64,000 bases of DNA, taken from positions 70,762-134,761 of IMG/VR virus record IMGVR_UViG_3300020429_000529; one strand, 5' to 3'. A program made the translations under genes and the position numbers. This document shows, in pieces, positions 29,356-38,509 of this stretch (its first letter is position 1; every line of letters begins with the position of its first letter). The notes below the pieces were generated by a model that did not search any database, was not told the origin of the DNA, and worked only from the letters and a program-made list of their open reading frames with translations. The DNA is from a virus.

Positions 29356-29382
29356 GAGGGACAATCGGGTAAAACAATGAAT
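29356..29382 (+). promoter_or_regulatory. Class A putative late promoter
   Basis: GAGG-N19-GAAT, intergenic. Confidence 0.45.
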
Positions 29383-29413
29383 ACCCAAGAGATGACCGTA
29401 GGAGATTATCTGC

Positions 29414-30439
29414 ATGCCATCTGCTGACGACATTCAGGCCATTGCGGATTACCGAGGATCATTTGTCCAAGGTACAACCACAACTCTGAAGCTCAGCCTG
29501 ACTGACTTCAAGGGTTTTGCTATGGACCCCGAGTCCATTAGTCTCTCTATTCTCGATGAAGACAGCAACGAGGTAGAGGCAGGCGTGCCCGAGAAGATCC
29601 AGCATGGTTTCTTCATCTACGATTGGCAGATCGATGAAGACGAGGATGTTGGTCCGTATACGGTTGTTTGGACCTATGAGATTGATGGCGAGGAGTTTCA
29701 GAATCTTCAGGGCGTCATCGTTATCGAGGACAGCGACAACCCGAGAGCGGCTGGTCCGTATTCTGAGCGTATTGCCGGTATCAGAACGGCGCTTGAGGTT
29801 CATCTTCGATGCGCTCAAAACATTCCTGTTTACGACGAACAAGGACGTATCTGCGAAGACAATCGCACGGTTCGCTTTACCTACCCGAGATGGAATCAGA
29901 ATCATCTGACTCGTATCTATCGGAATCAGAAGCTTGTAACCAGCGGCATAACAATCAACTACTTCAAAGGCGAAGTCATCTTCGATGAACCTTTGCACGA
30001 TCAGTATGATACGGTCAACGCCGATTACAACTTCCGATGGTTTGATGATCTCGATCTTGATCGATTCTTGAGCAATGCTCTTCATATTGTCAACCTCTAC
30101 CCGCCAGCAGGCAATAGGTCGCTTGTCAATCTTGAAGACCGTTACATCCCATTGGTTCTTTACGGAGCAACGGTTGATGCTTTGCGACAGATGATTCTCT
30201 GCCTGCAGTTCCAGCAGCCTCGCGAGGTCTTCGGCGGTCCCGACGCTGCGAAGGATGCCGCTAACATGATGGAAACTCTCAAGCAGAACTACGAGAATCA
30301 AAACGAGAAACTGCTTGAGCAGAAGAAGTACGGCCCCTATCGAGGCCTTACGCAGGTTGTTAGCGTTCCCGAGTTCACCCTCCCTGGTGGTCGTTCTCGC
30401 TGGTTCCGCTACATGATGGGCGGCTTCAACCTCACATAA
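29414..30439 (+). CDS. Putative neck/head completion protein with an N-terminal Ig-like domain
   Basis: N-terminal QGTTTTLKL..DP..GFFIYDW..GPYTVVW beta-sandwich. Helical FDDLDLDRFLSNAL..VN..P..LVLYGA part resembles head-tail adaptors. SD AGGAG. Confidence 0.55.
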   Translation: MPSADDIQAIADYRGSFVQGTTTTLKLSLTDFKGFAMDPESISLSILDEDSNEVEAGVPEKIQHGFFIYDWQIDEDEDVGPYTVVWTYEIDGEEFQNLQGVIVIEDSDNPRAAGPYSERIAGIRTALEVHLRCAQNIPVYDEQGRICEDNRTVRFTYPRWNQNHLTRIYRNQKLVTSGITINYFKGEVIFDEPLHDQYDTVNADYNFRWFDDLDLDRFLSNALHIVNLYPPAGNRSLVNLEDRYIPLVLYGATVDALRQMILCLQFQQPREVFGGPDAAKDAANMMETLKQNYENQNEKLLEQKKYGPYRGLTQVVSVPEFTLPGGRSRWFRYMMGGFNLT

Positions 30440-30490
30440 GGGCTACTGAACTCTGGGCCTTTGGTCGATAAAGGCTTCGGAGGCATAACT

Positions 30491-30763
30491 GTGACAGGAA
30501 CTACGACAGAACAAGCGGCTTGGGAAGAGGGGCATCGGAGCCATCAGGCCCAAAGCTCTGCTATACGACTTCCTCTTCGGGAAACCGAGAAGCAAGAGTC
30601 TCGTTCGCATGTTGTGATACCTGTTGACGATGGTCATCGAGATATCGCAGCCGTAGTCTATCGCCGTAAATCTCATCTCCGAACTATGCTCAATCGAATG
30701 AAGCAAGATCGATTGAAGATGGTCGTTCGCGCCGAGCAGGACTTGAGGTATCTGCTTACTTGA
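30491..30763 (+). CDS. Hypothetical protein
   Basis: GTG at 30491 with SD GGAGG preferred over the track start at 30461. Confidence 0.5.
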   Translation: MTGTTTEQAAWEEGHRSHQAQSSAIRLPLRETEKQESRSHVVIPVDDGHRDIAAVVYRRKSHLRTMLNRMKQDRLKMVVRAEQDLRYLLT

Positions 30764-30766
30764 GGG

Positions 30767-31111
30767 TTGATTATGTCGTTGCAAGATTCAAGACGAGAGT
30801 CATTCATTGATATCGCCAAACGAGACAGGGCGAAGTTTTACTTCGTGCCTTACGAGTCTCTTCGCAACCGAATATCAAGAGGCGGAGATGAAACCGTTGA
30901 TGCTCTACCTGTTGCTATAAAAGAGGCTATTCTTCTGTGCGATGGCAACTCAACAATTGGTATTTGGCTTGATCCAAAGCTTGTTGCAAAACATGTTGAG
31001 GGAACATTGGACAAGAAGAACGCTTACATCTTCAGTATGGGAGAGATCCGTGTATTTGGTACAAACGAACTCAATATCAAGCCAGAGCAGATTAGACGAA
31101 TCGATCTGTGA
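30767..31111 (+). CDS. Hypothetical protein
   Basis: Packed + strand ORF with plausible composition. Confidence 0.55.
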   Translation: MIMSLQDSRRESFIDIAKRDRAKFYFVPYESLRNRISRGGDETVDALPVAIKEAILLCDGNSTIGIWLDPKLVAKHVEGTLDKKNAYIFSMGEIRVFGTNELNIKPEQIRRIDL

Positions 31112-31180
31112 CTTCGTTGATTTTGAGGGAGGAACTGCGCTCGCTGGTCTCGTAGATATACTCGTAACATATCCGAGGGC

Positions 31181-31618
31181 GTGACTATGCGAGAAGCCAG
31201 GATATTCGATACCTATCAAGAGTTTTACTCGCTCACCCGTCCCCTCAATGAATCACAGCGAGAAGCGTTATTCAACAGCCTGTGTTCTTCGGAACGCAGG
31301 CGATTGTCGCGCGCTCTCAAGTCAGAGGGTTGGGGAGATTTGATAGCTCGAAACCAGGTTGATCGTGTGGTTGACCAAATCAAGGAGGACTTCAATGAAG
31401 ACCTTGTTCTCATCCGTATCGAGGTATTGCACGGAAACATCCGCAAAGTTCGCAAAGCATTCTGGGAATATGTCAACGATGTATTGGCGGATTATTCGCT
31501 AAGACATAAGTGGCATGTTCTTGAAGGAATCGCAACTAAACAACACAGCGACGAGTGGGTGCTTTTAGTACCATCGAAACGGAGAAACATCGAAAATGGC
31601 AAGAAAGAAAGCGGATAA
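31181..31618 (+). CDS. Hypothetical protein
   Basis: Overlaps the phoH start; SD GAGGG (start may be ATG 31187). Confidence 0.6.
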   Translation: MTMREARIFDTYQEFYSLTRPLNESQREALFNSLCSSERRRLSRALKSEGWGDLIARNQVDRVVDQIKEDFNEDLVLIRIEVLHGNIRKVRKAFWEYVNDVLADYSLRHKWHVLEGIATKQHSDEWVLLVPSKRRNIENGKKESG

Positions 31619-32411
31619 TGGAAAGTCAACTGTAAACGGAAACTACACGCTTTCAAGCGGAGGAAACGGCAAGCTTGTTGTGGCGGTAACTCACCGCAAC
31701 CCAGGGCAAAAGGAAGCCCTCCGAACCATTAGCGGTAGCAAAGTCACTTTCATTACAGGAGTACCCGGCACGGGTAAAACTCACATTGCCGTAGGCTGGG
31801 GCCTGCAGCAGATGATAATGAAAGATGCTTTCGATCAGATCATCTTCACAAGGCCAGTTGTTGAAGCAGGCGAGTCCCTCGGTTATTTGCCGGGAGACGC
31901 TGACGCCAAGCTGGCTCCGTACATGATGCCTATGTACGATGTCCTCAGCGATTATCTGACCAACGATCAAATCACAAAGCTCGTTGCGGATAAAAAGATT
32001 GTCACGCTTCCGCTTGCATATATGCGAGGCGTTACATTCAAGAATGCGTATGTTGTCTGCGACGAGATGCAGAACTCAACAATGGAGCAGATGCACTTGC
32101 TTCTGACTCGTATTGGTCAGGGTTCAAAGGTTGTTGTCACAGGCGATACTGAGCAGTCGGACCTTTGCTATCACAGGCGTCGAAGAGATCCTAATTTCGA
32201 GAACGGTCTTGCAGATGCTATCGATCGTCTCGACGGGACAAAGGGCGTTGGCTTTGTTGAGCTTGATTACTCCTCTTGCGTTCGAGAAGAGATTATCAGC
32301 CTGATCGACTCTCGTTACAGGTCCACTCCGCCAGAGTTGCCCACCTGGGATAAACCTGTAAATCTTGATGAAGAAGATGATGACGAGGATCGCTTCATAG
32401 ATTTTGAGTGA
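31596..32411 (+). CDS. phoH: PhoH-family ATPase
   Basis: GVPGTGKT Walker A, TRPVVEAGESLGYLPG, AYMRGVTF, DEMQN, LTRIG, GDTEQSD. Confidence 0.95.
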   Translation: MARKKADNGKSTVNGNYTLSSGGNGKLVVAVTHRNPGQKEALRTISGSKVTFITGVPGTGKTHIAVGWGLQQMIMKDAFDQIIFTRPVVEAGESLGYLPGDADAKLAPYMMPMYDVLSDYLTNDQITKLVADKKIVTLPLAYMRGVTFKNAYVVCDEMQNSTMEQMHLLLTRIGQGSKVVVTGDTEQSDLCYHRRRRDPNFENGLADAIDRLDGTKGVGFVELDYSSCVREEIISLIDSRYRSTPPELPTWDKPVNLDEEDDDEDRFIDFE

Positions 32412-32429
32412 ATCGTCGATAACCAATGT

Positions 32430-33311
32430 ATGCTCCCGATCGGAGACATGCAGACTGTCGATGACGCTCTCAACCAAGTTGTTTGTGGCGATGCCGCCGA
32501 CTTCGTGAGAAAACTTCCCGCGGAGTCGGCGGACATCGTTGTGACATCGCCTCCATATTGGCAACAGAGAGACTACGGTGTCGAGGGGCAGTACGGTCTT
32601 GAGGAGAGCATGCCAGAATACATCGATCGCATGTTCCATTTCTTCGAGGATGTCAAGAGAGTTCTCAAGCCCAAGGGGACACTATGGGTTAACGTCGGCG
32701 ACTGTTACAATGAGAACTCGGGCGGGTATTTCGCGCACAAGAATAACGACGCCCCTCATATAGGTAAGCATCGCCTCAAGACTAAGAAGTACGACAAGCT
32801 CTATCCTCGTCGCTCTTTGCTGATGATTCCCTACCGCCTGGCAATCAAGATGATAGATGATGGAGGCTGGACCTGCCGCAATATGATCGTTTGGAGAAAG
32901 AAGATTGTTCAGCCAACAACCGCTCAAAACCGTTTCACGATTGACTACGAGCCCATGTTCTTGTTCGCTAAGACCAACCGCTACTTCTACAAGAAAGAGC
33001 GGGTCAAATGGATTGTTGAAGAAGTAGACGATATGTTCTCTGAACCAAGCAAGAGAGAGCGGAGAGCCGTTTGGGACTTGGATTCCGATCACCACGGCGG
33101 AACAGGTCACAAAGCCCCATATCCAATCGATCTTGCAGAGATTCCGATCTTGGGAGGAACAGATGAGGGCGGCGTTGTCCTCGACCCGTTTGTTGGATCA
33201 GGATCAACGATCTGCGCTGCAAAGAAGCTCGGACGTAACTTTCTGTCTTGCGACTTGAGTCCAGAGTTCTGCGAAATGGCAGAAAACAGGCTGCGTCTTG
33301 TCACAGTCTGA
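32430..33311 (+). CDS. Orphan DNA methyltransferase, beta class (N4-cytosine/N6-adenine)
   Basis: TSPPY catalytic motif before LDPFVGSGST SAM-binding motif; HKAPYP; no adjacent nuclease. Confidence 0.92.
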   Translation: MLPIGDMQTVDDALNQVVCGDAADFVRKLPAESADIVVTSPPYWQQRDYGVEGQYGLEESMPEYIDRMFHFFEDVKRVLKPKGTLWVNVGDCYNENSGGYFAHKNNDAPHIGKHRLKTKKYDKLYPRRSLLMIPYRLAIKMIDDGGWTCRNMIVWRKKIVQPTTAQNRFTIDYEPMFLFAKTNRYFYKKERVKWIVEEVDDMFSEPSKRERRAVWDLDSDHHGGTGHKAPYPIDLAEIPILGGTDEGGVVLDPFVGSGSTICAAKKLGRNFLSCDLSPEFCEMAENRLRLVTV

Positions 33312-33313
33312 TG

Positions 33314-33339
33314 GAGGGTTTCGCAAAACTTCTACGAAT
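33314..33339 (+). promoter_or_regulatory. Class A putative late promoter of the actin/neck operon
   Basis: GAGG-N18-GAAT, intergenic. Confidence 0.5.
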
Positions 33340-33383
33340 ATAGAGGAAGGAATCGTCGCAATCGACTTAGGAGCCAAACAGAT

Positions 33384-35648
33384 ATGCTCAAGACCATAAT
33401 GGCAAAACTTAGAAGCCTCACTCAGGCGGCAGCGCCTTTGCCGCCGCCTCAGCCAACCAGAGTGGCTCCTCCCACCGGCGCTCAGCCTGCTATGCAGCAA
33501 CCAGTAGAGCCTGTCGTTGAGCCATCTCCTATCCCTGATCCTGCGCCCGCACCTGCCCAATCAAACTTCTTTGGTCAGGCCGCAGACTCCGCTTTGCTTG
33601 ACAAAATGGTTCGCCACCTGCGAGCTAACTACAACCCCGCTATGGGCGCTGCTGAGATGGCAGAGGTCATCCGCGATGTTCCGATCTGGGCGGCTGAGCG
33701 ATCTGATCTTTGGGACCAGGCTGTTTCGAAGTTTCATTCGGAGCTTGGTCATCCTCAGGTTGTAAGCGAGCCGATCGCTGATCTTCCTGATGATGAGATC
33801 ATGGCTCTTGTTCAGTCGTTCGATCATTTGCCTTCGTGGGAAGAGCTTCCTCCGTCTCTGCAAGAGAACGAGAACAACAGAGAGCGGTTCTATGATCTCG
33901 CTGTCCAGCATCTTCGTCCTGTTGGCGATACTCAGGAAGAAGAGGCTGCAACTCCTGAAAACTTGACTGGCGAGGCGTTTAGCAATCCGTTTGCTCAGAT
34001 GTTCTATTCGTCATATCTTGGTACGGGCGAGGATTCGAGCGTTGAGTATCTTGAGAGATTGCAGGGCGATGATGGTCGTCGCCAAGGCGCTCAGATCGAA
34101 CGTCTCGATGAGATCTTTGCGAGGGTTCCAGAGGGCTATAGAGGGGCAGCAGGGGCCGAGGGCGGTCGTTACGATCCGGTCATTGGCTACTACGTCTCAA
34201 ACAAGCACCGAGGTCGTCAGGCTCTCTCTGAGCTTGGCATCGAGGCTCCGGGTCGTTCGCCTTCTGAGAAAGCCAAGTATCTCGCTCAGAATCATACTGA
34301 TGAGCTTGAGTCAGATTTTGTCGCCCGCATGATGGACCAGGATGAGGATGTCTTCAGCTATACTCACCGATTGCTGAATCCGTCCTTTGACAAGGCGATC
34401 GATGCTCCGACAGGCGGTATGGTCGGCAGCGAAGGGGAAACAATCGACTTTGCTCAAGAACAGGCTGCCGCTGCGCCTGGTCTTGGAGCAGATGAGGGAG
34501 TTAGCGAGCAAGAGACTGATACGCTTCGTCAAGGTTTGCTTCAAATCCCCGAGCAGATTGAGACATTGGGAGATCGTCTTCGGGAGTCGCTGCAGGAACG
34601 TGCTGCAAACACAACAAGCTCAACTTCTCGCGACAAGCTAATGGAGATGAGTTACATTGTTGATTCGTATACAGAGGCAGCCAGGAACTCGCTTGAGCAG
34701 ATGTATGAGAAGCTCACGACTGGCGGTATTACTGCAGACGAAATCGACAAGATGAAGAAGCATGGCATCATCAAGATCATGACTGATACCGGCAAAGCAA
34801 AGTGGGTCATTGACCCAGAGAAGGGTCTTGGTCAGCTTGACTTTAGAGCGCTTGCTATGCCGAGCAAGGTCTTCCCAAGAATGATTAATAGGCTCGACGA
34901 GGAGCTTGGAGATCCTGGTCAAACAAACAAGATTGTCGGAAAGAAGAGCGATCCGCTTGATCGGCAGAAGTTTGAGACCGACCCCAAATACGCCAGAACT
35001 GTTGTTCAAAACTTTTGGATGAAGACTCAGTTTATGTTGCAGGCCGTTGGTCCTGAACTGATGGACATGTTAAGAGAGAATCAGGTAGACAAGCAAACAG
35101 TCGAGGGTATGCTTAGTCTCATGAATCCTCACCCAATGTCTTCTTCTCTCTCAAAGGCTATTCTTGAATCGCCTGACGAAGACCGGCGAGCCCTTCTGAG
35201 AAAGCAGCTTGAGAGTAGATGGCAGAACTATAATGCCAAGCTCGAAGAGCAGAAGACGAATCCCAAGACCAAGATTCGAGCAAGAGAAGTCCCTCCTCAA
35301 ATGGGAGGCGAATACATTACTCCGGAAAATGTTGATAGCCTAAGCGAAAAACAGGTTGTTAAGACGCTTTTCGATATGCAGCTTGACAATAGCCGTCGAG
35401 ACACGGCTGATTGGCTAACTCAGATTAAGGACTTTGGACGAGAAGACTCATTCCCTGGTTACAGCGAGTACGCTCGTCGTCACAATCTTGCGTTCATGGT
35501 TCTTCGAGACGCTCTTCTCAAGATTGCAGAGCTTTCTTCTCTCAAGACGAGGCTTCGCAAGTATGCATCTGTTTCGCACCTTGATTCGATGATGCTTGGA
35601 GTTCAAAGGGAGGCTGAAGAGAGGCTGAATTCGCTATGGCAAAGATGA
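33384..35648 (+). CDS. Large hypothetical protein, candidate internal virion protein
   Basis: 754 aa, Pro-rich N-terminal arm, helical and acidic; first gene after a putative late promoter; SD AGGAG. Confidence 0.6.
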   Translation: MLKTIMAKLRSLTQAAAPLPPPQPTRVAPPTGAQPAMQQPVEPVVEPSPIPDPAPAPAQSNFFGQAADSALLDKMVRHLRANYNPAMGAAEMAEVIRDVPIWAAERSDLWDQAVSKFHSELGHPQVVSEPIADLPDDEIMALVQSFDHLPSWEELPPSLQENENNRERFYDLAVQHLRPVGDTQEEEAATPENLTGEAFSNPFAQMFYSSYLGTGEDSSVEYLERLQGDDGRRQGAQIERLDEIFARVPEGYRGAAGAEGGRYDPVIGYYVSNKHRGRQALSELGIEAPGRSPSEKAKYLAQNHTDELESDFVARMMDQDEDVFSYTHRLLNPSFDKAIDAPTGGMVGSEGETIDFAQEQAAAAPGLGADEGVSEQETDTLRQGLLQIPEQIETLGDRLRESLQERAANTTSSTSRDKLMEMSYIVDSYTEAARNSLEQMYEKLTTGGITADEIDKMKKHGIIKIMTDTGKAKWVIDPEKGLGQLDFRALAMPSKVFPRMINRLDEELGDPGQTNKIVGKKSDPLDRQKFETDPKYARTVVQNFWMKTQFMLQAVGPELMDMLRENQVDKQTVEGMLSLMNPHPMSSSLSKAILESPDEDRRALLRKQLESRWQNYNAKLEEQKTNPKTKIRAREVPPQMGGEYITPENVDSLSEKQVVKTLFDMQLDNSRRDTADWLTQIKDFGREDSFPGYSEYARRHNLAFMVLRDALLKIAELSSLKTRLRKYASVSHLDSMMLGVQREAEERLNSLWQR

Positions 35649-35836
35649 TATGCGTATGCGAGCATTGCAACCATCACGAAAATGATGCAGGAGTTGAGTT
35701 CAACTTCCGAACCAAGATGGTCTACTGGATGTGTCCGTCTTGCAACAAAATGAACAAGCTCTCGCTTGATCTAACTCCTCAGCCTGCTCCTTTGCCAAAA
35801 AGCTCGACGCTGAATAGACGACGCAGGAGACCGTGA
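35636..35836 (+). CDS. Small zinc-ribbon protein with a basic tail
   Basis: CEHC...CPSC, C-terminal RRRRR; overlaps both neighbours; SD GAGG. Confidence 0.7.
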   Translation: MAKMICVCEHCNHHENDAGVEFNFRTKMVYWMCPSCNKMNKLSLDLTPQPAPLPKSSTLNRRRRRP

Positions 35837-36444
35837 TGTATCTAATCAAGAACGTTGGCAAGTTTGAAGTAGCACTCGGAGATCTGAGAATCAGTCTTCG
35901 TCCTAACCAGAAGCAGGATCTTGACATGATCTGCTCTCGTCATGTGGCCGAACAATCAAGAGATCTCAAGCACGCTATCAAGGTTGGATCGGTCAAGATT
36001 ATCCGCAAGGACATGAACGATGCTCCGATGTCGATGCAGACTGTTCAACAGGTTCCTCAGGCTGATCCAAGCGACAAGCTACTGAAGGAGATGCAAGAGC
36101 TTCGCAAGGAGATGATCGATCGCCAAGAAGCTATGGCTCGTAAGCAGCAAGCTCTCATCGAGAACTCAGAAGGCAAGGGAGGACTTGGCGACGATGCTCA
36201 GGCGCAGCTTACGGCGGCAATCGCAGCCTTGCAAGCTCTCGCAGGAGGACAGCAATCTGTTGTTCAACCAGTTGCGGACAATAGCGAGTTTGACTTGCCG
36301 GACGATAGAGCAGTAGAGATCCACAAGCGGACTATCAACAAGCTTTCCCAAACGGCAAAGGGAAATATCAAACACGAAGAAAGCTCAAGCACATCGAATG
36401 CTGACGACAAGGTTAGCGAACTCGAAGATTTGCTTGGAGGTTAG
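35836..36444 (+). CDS. Putative adaptor of the actin-like protein (N-terminal module, coiled coil, C-terminal amphipathic helix)
   Basis: SD AGGAG, TGATG overlap; coiled coil LLKEMQELRKEMIDRQEAM; ends DDKVSELEDLLGG; directly upstream of the actin gene. Confidence 0.6.
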   Translation: MYLIKNVGKFEVALGDLRISLRPNQKQDLDMICSRHVAEQSRDLKHAIKVGSVKIIRKDMNDAPMSMQTVQQVPQADPSDKLLKEMQELRKEMIDRQEAMARKQQALIENSEGKGGLGDDAQAQLTAAIAALQALAGGQQSVVQPVADNSEFDLPDDRAVEIHKRTINKLSQTAKGNIKHEESSSTSNADDKVSELEDLLGG

Positions 36445-36453
36445 GAGTAAACG

Positions 36454-37494
36454 ATGAGCAGAGTAGTAGGACTTGACCCGGGGACTATGTTCTTTCAGTC
36501 CTCGGAGAAGGATGGAGAAGGCATCAAGTATAAGACGATTCGCAATGCGTTCGTCGAGCTTGATGACAATGACGACATTGAAGAGACGCTGCAGCGAAAC
36601 GGATGGCAGTACCTCCAAGACGGCGGCAAGTATTACGTCATCGGCGATGATGCCATGAAGGTTGCAAACATCTTCCCTGGCAAGGTCGAGGTTCGTCGCC
36701 CTATGGCAGACGGCGTTCTCAATAAGAACGAAGACAAGAAGCTTGTTGTTCTCGCAAAGATGATCGAGTCAGCAATCGGCACGGCCCCTGATGATAAGTC
36801 ATGGTGCTGCATGTGCGTTTCGTCGGAATCGGTAGACGGTTCGCAGGACAGCGTTTTCCATCGCAACCGTCTTGAGGCTCTCGTTGCTCGTCTTGGTTGG
36901 AATGTCAAGATCATCGAGGAAGGCCATGCGGTCGTGACATCGGCAAAGCCTGTCATGAAAGAAGAAGGCGGCGATGTTCCTTACAGCGGTATCGGCTTGA
37001 GCTTCGGAGCAGGCCGAGCAAACTGCGTTCTCTCATATCGAGGTCTTCAGGTTATTGGCATGTCAGTGGCCCGCAGCGGCGACTGGATTGACAATCAGGT
37101 TTCCGAGCAGACGGGAACTCCTTTGTCACAGGTCATCGCCAAGAAAGAGAAGCATCTCGACTTTGACAATCTTGACATGGACGATGATGTTGTCTTCGCC
37201 CTTGATGCTTACTACGAGCAGATGATCCGCTACGTTTTCGGGCACTTTGCGAAGAAGTTCGCGCAAGAAAAGAGCAGCTTCGAGGCCCCAATGGACATTG
37301 TTGTTGCTGGCGGCACATCAATGCCAAAGGGTTTCTGCGGCAAACTTGAGAAGGTAGTGAAAGGACTCGACCTTCCGTTCAACATCAACGAGGTCCGTCA
37401 TGCAGAGAGCCCGAGGAATGCGGTTTGCGAGGGTCTCTACATTCAGGCGGGTCTTGCCAAGAAGAAGGCTGACAAGGAGGCTGCGGCTGAGTAA
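36454..37494 (+). CDS. Actin-family ATPase, volactin-like
   Basis: Phosphate-1 VGLDPGT, RNAF, VIGDDA, RRPMADG, connect-1 IEEG, phosphate-2 GIGLSFGAG, SVARSGDWID, ALDAYY, adenosine VVAGGTSMPKGF; the motif set matches my recall of haloarchaeal volactin. Confidence 0.88.
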   Translation: MSRVVGLDPGTMFFQSSEKDGEGIKYKTIRNAFVELDDNDDIEETLQRNGWQYLQDGGKYYVIGDDAMKVANIFPGKVEVRRPMADGVLNKNEDKKLVVLAKMIESAIGTAPDDKSWCCMCVSSESVDGSQDSVFHRNRLEALVARLGWNVKIIEEGHAVVTSAKPVMKEEGGDVPYSGIGLSFGAGRANCVLSYRGLQVIGMSVARSGDWIDNQVSEQTGTPLSQVIAKKEKHLDFDNLDMDDDVVFALDAYYEQMIRYVFGHFAKKFAQEKSSFEAPMDIVVAGGTSMPKGFCGKLEKVVKGLDLPFNINEVRHAESPRNAVCEGLYIQAGLAKKKADKEAAAE

Positions 37495-38225
37495 TGGCGT
37501 ATGCGACCATACAACTCGTTGAGAGAGTTCTTGCTCAGGCTCTCACATCTGCCACGAATAGCGTTGCCAATGGCGACAAGATTCCGCTGGTGGATTTTGG
37601 AAACCTGAGAAATGAGAACACGATCTCTGAGGACATTATCAACCAATACATCCAATGGTCGGATGAGGAAGTTGATGGCGCTCTCAGCGAGATGTATCAG
37701 GTGCCGCTGTGCGAGAAGGCCGATCTTGAAATGATGCCGCTCTTCAGCATCGGCGAATACTACCTGTCGCTTGATGTTGACAAGGCCGAAAACCTTGTGC
37801 CTGGCGATGTCATTGTCATCTTTGATGACACTCAGGAAGAAAGACACATCGTTGATATGGTCGTCAATAACACAACCGTTGAGACCGTTGATACGATTGT
37901 TGGAACCTATGAGGCTTCGGAAACCCGAGTAATACGAGTCAAGTTCCCTCCTCCAATTCCTTTGATCTCTGCCAGACTTGCTGCGGCGAACATCTACGAC
38001 AAGTATTTCGCGGCTCAGGTTAGTCCCAACGTCTCAGACTACGGTAAGGTCTTGAGAGGACAGGCAATCAGGGATCTGAACAACATTCTCAATGGTAGAA
38101 CTGTTCTGCATGGCCAGCGTCGTATTGGTCACAGATTCCTCAATCCCAACCTTCGAGACCGTTACCGCCTGCCTGGCGTTACTGATAGCGACTCTACAAG
38201 GGATATCGGGAAGGCTGAGTCGTAA
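37494..38225 (+). CDS. Head-tail connector (Mu gp36/DUF1320-like) with an inserted beta domain
   Basis: MAYAT, IxxYIxxSDEEVDGALSxxYQVPL, PPPIPLISARLAAANIY, AIRDLNNILNG; TAATG overlap with the actin gene. Confidence 0.75.
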   Translation: MAYATIQLVERVLAQALTSATNSVANGDKIPLVDFGNLRNENTISEDIINQYIQWSDEEVDGALSEMYQVPLCEKADLEMMPLFSIGEYYLSLDVDKAENLVPGDVIVIFDDTQEERHIVDMVVNNTTVETVDTIVGTYEASETRVIRVKFPPPIPLISARLAAANIYDKYFAAQVSPNVSDYGKVLRGQAIRDLNNILNGRTVLHGQRRIGHRFLNPNLRDRYRLPGVTDSDSTRDIGKAES

Positions 38226-38509
38226 TGGATGATCCGCTGAAGAAGCTTGCTGATGCTCTCAAGAACCTTGAGAACAATGACGGACGAGAGGTTGATAACC
38301 TGAACTCGGGCATTGTTTTTCCTCTTGATGTCAAGCTTGGCAAGAGCGAGCAAGAAGCGATCAACAATGCAAGAGCAGACTCCATCAAGAAGGGAACTCC
38401 CTTCAAAGAGCCTGGCGAGGTTAGCGACGAAGATGTGAGCCAAAGCGTCAAGTCTTACGCCGATGATGTTGTGAAGAAGCTGCTTGATGATGCTTTTAGA
38501 GGGAGCTAA
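38225..38509 (+). CDS. Hypothetical protein
   Basis: TAATG overlaps on both sides. Confidence 0.65.
   Translation: MDDPLKKLADALKNLENNDGREVDNLNSGIVFPLDVKLGKSEQEAINNARADSIKKGTPFKEPGEVSDEDVSQSVKSYADDVVKKLLDDAFRGS

Noticed and set aside
35636-37494. Classical ParMRC plasmid-prophage partition cassette
   Set aside because: No iteron-like parC array or intergenic space, no evident RHH/HTH partner, and coupling to late neck genes; a distant DNA site cannot be excluded
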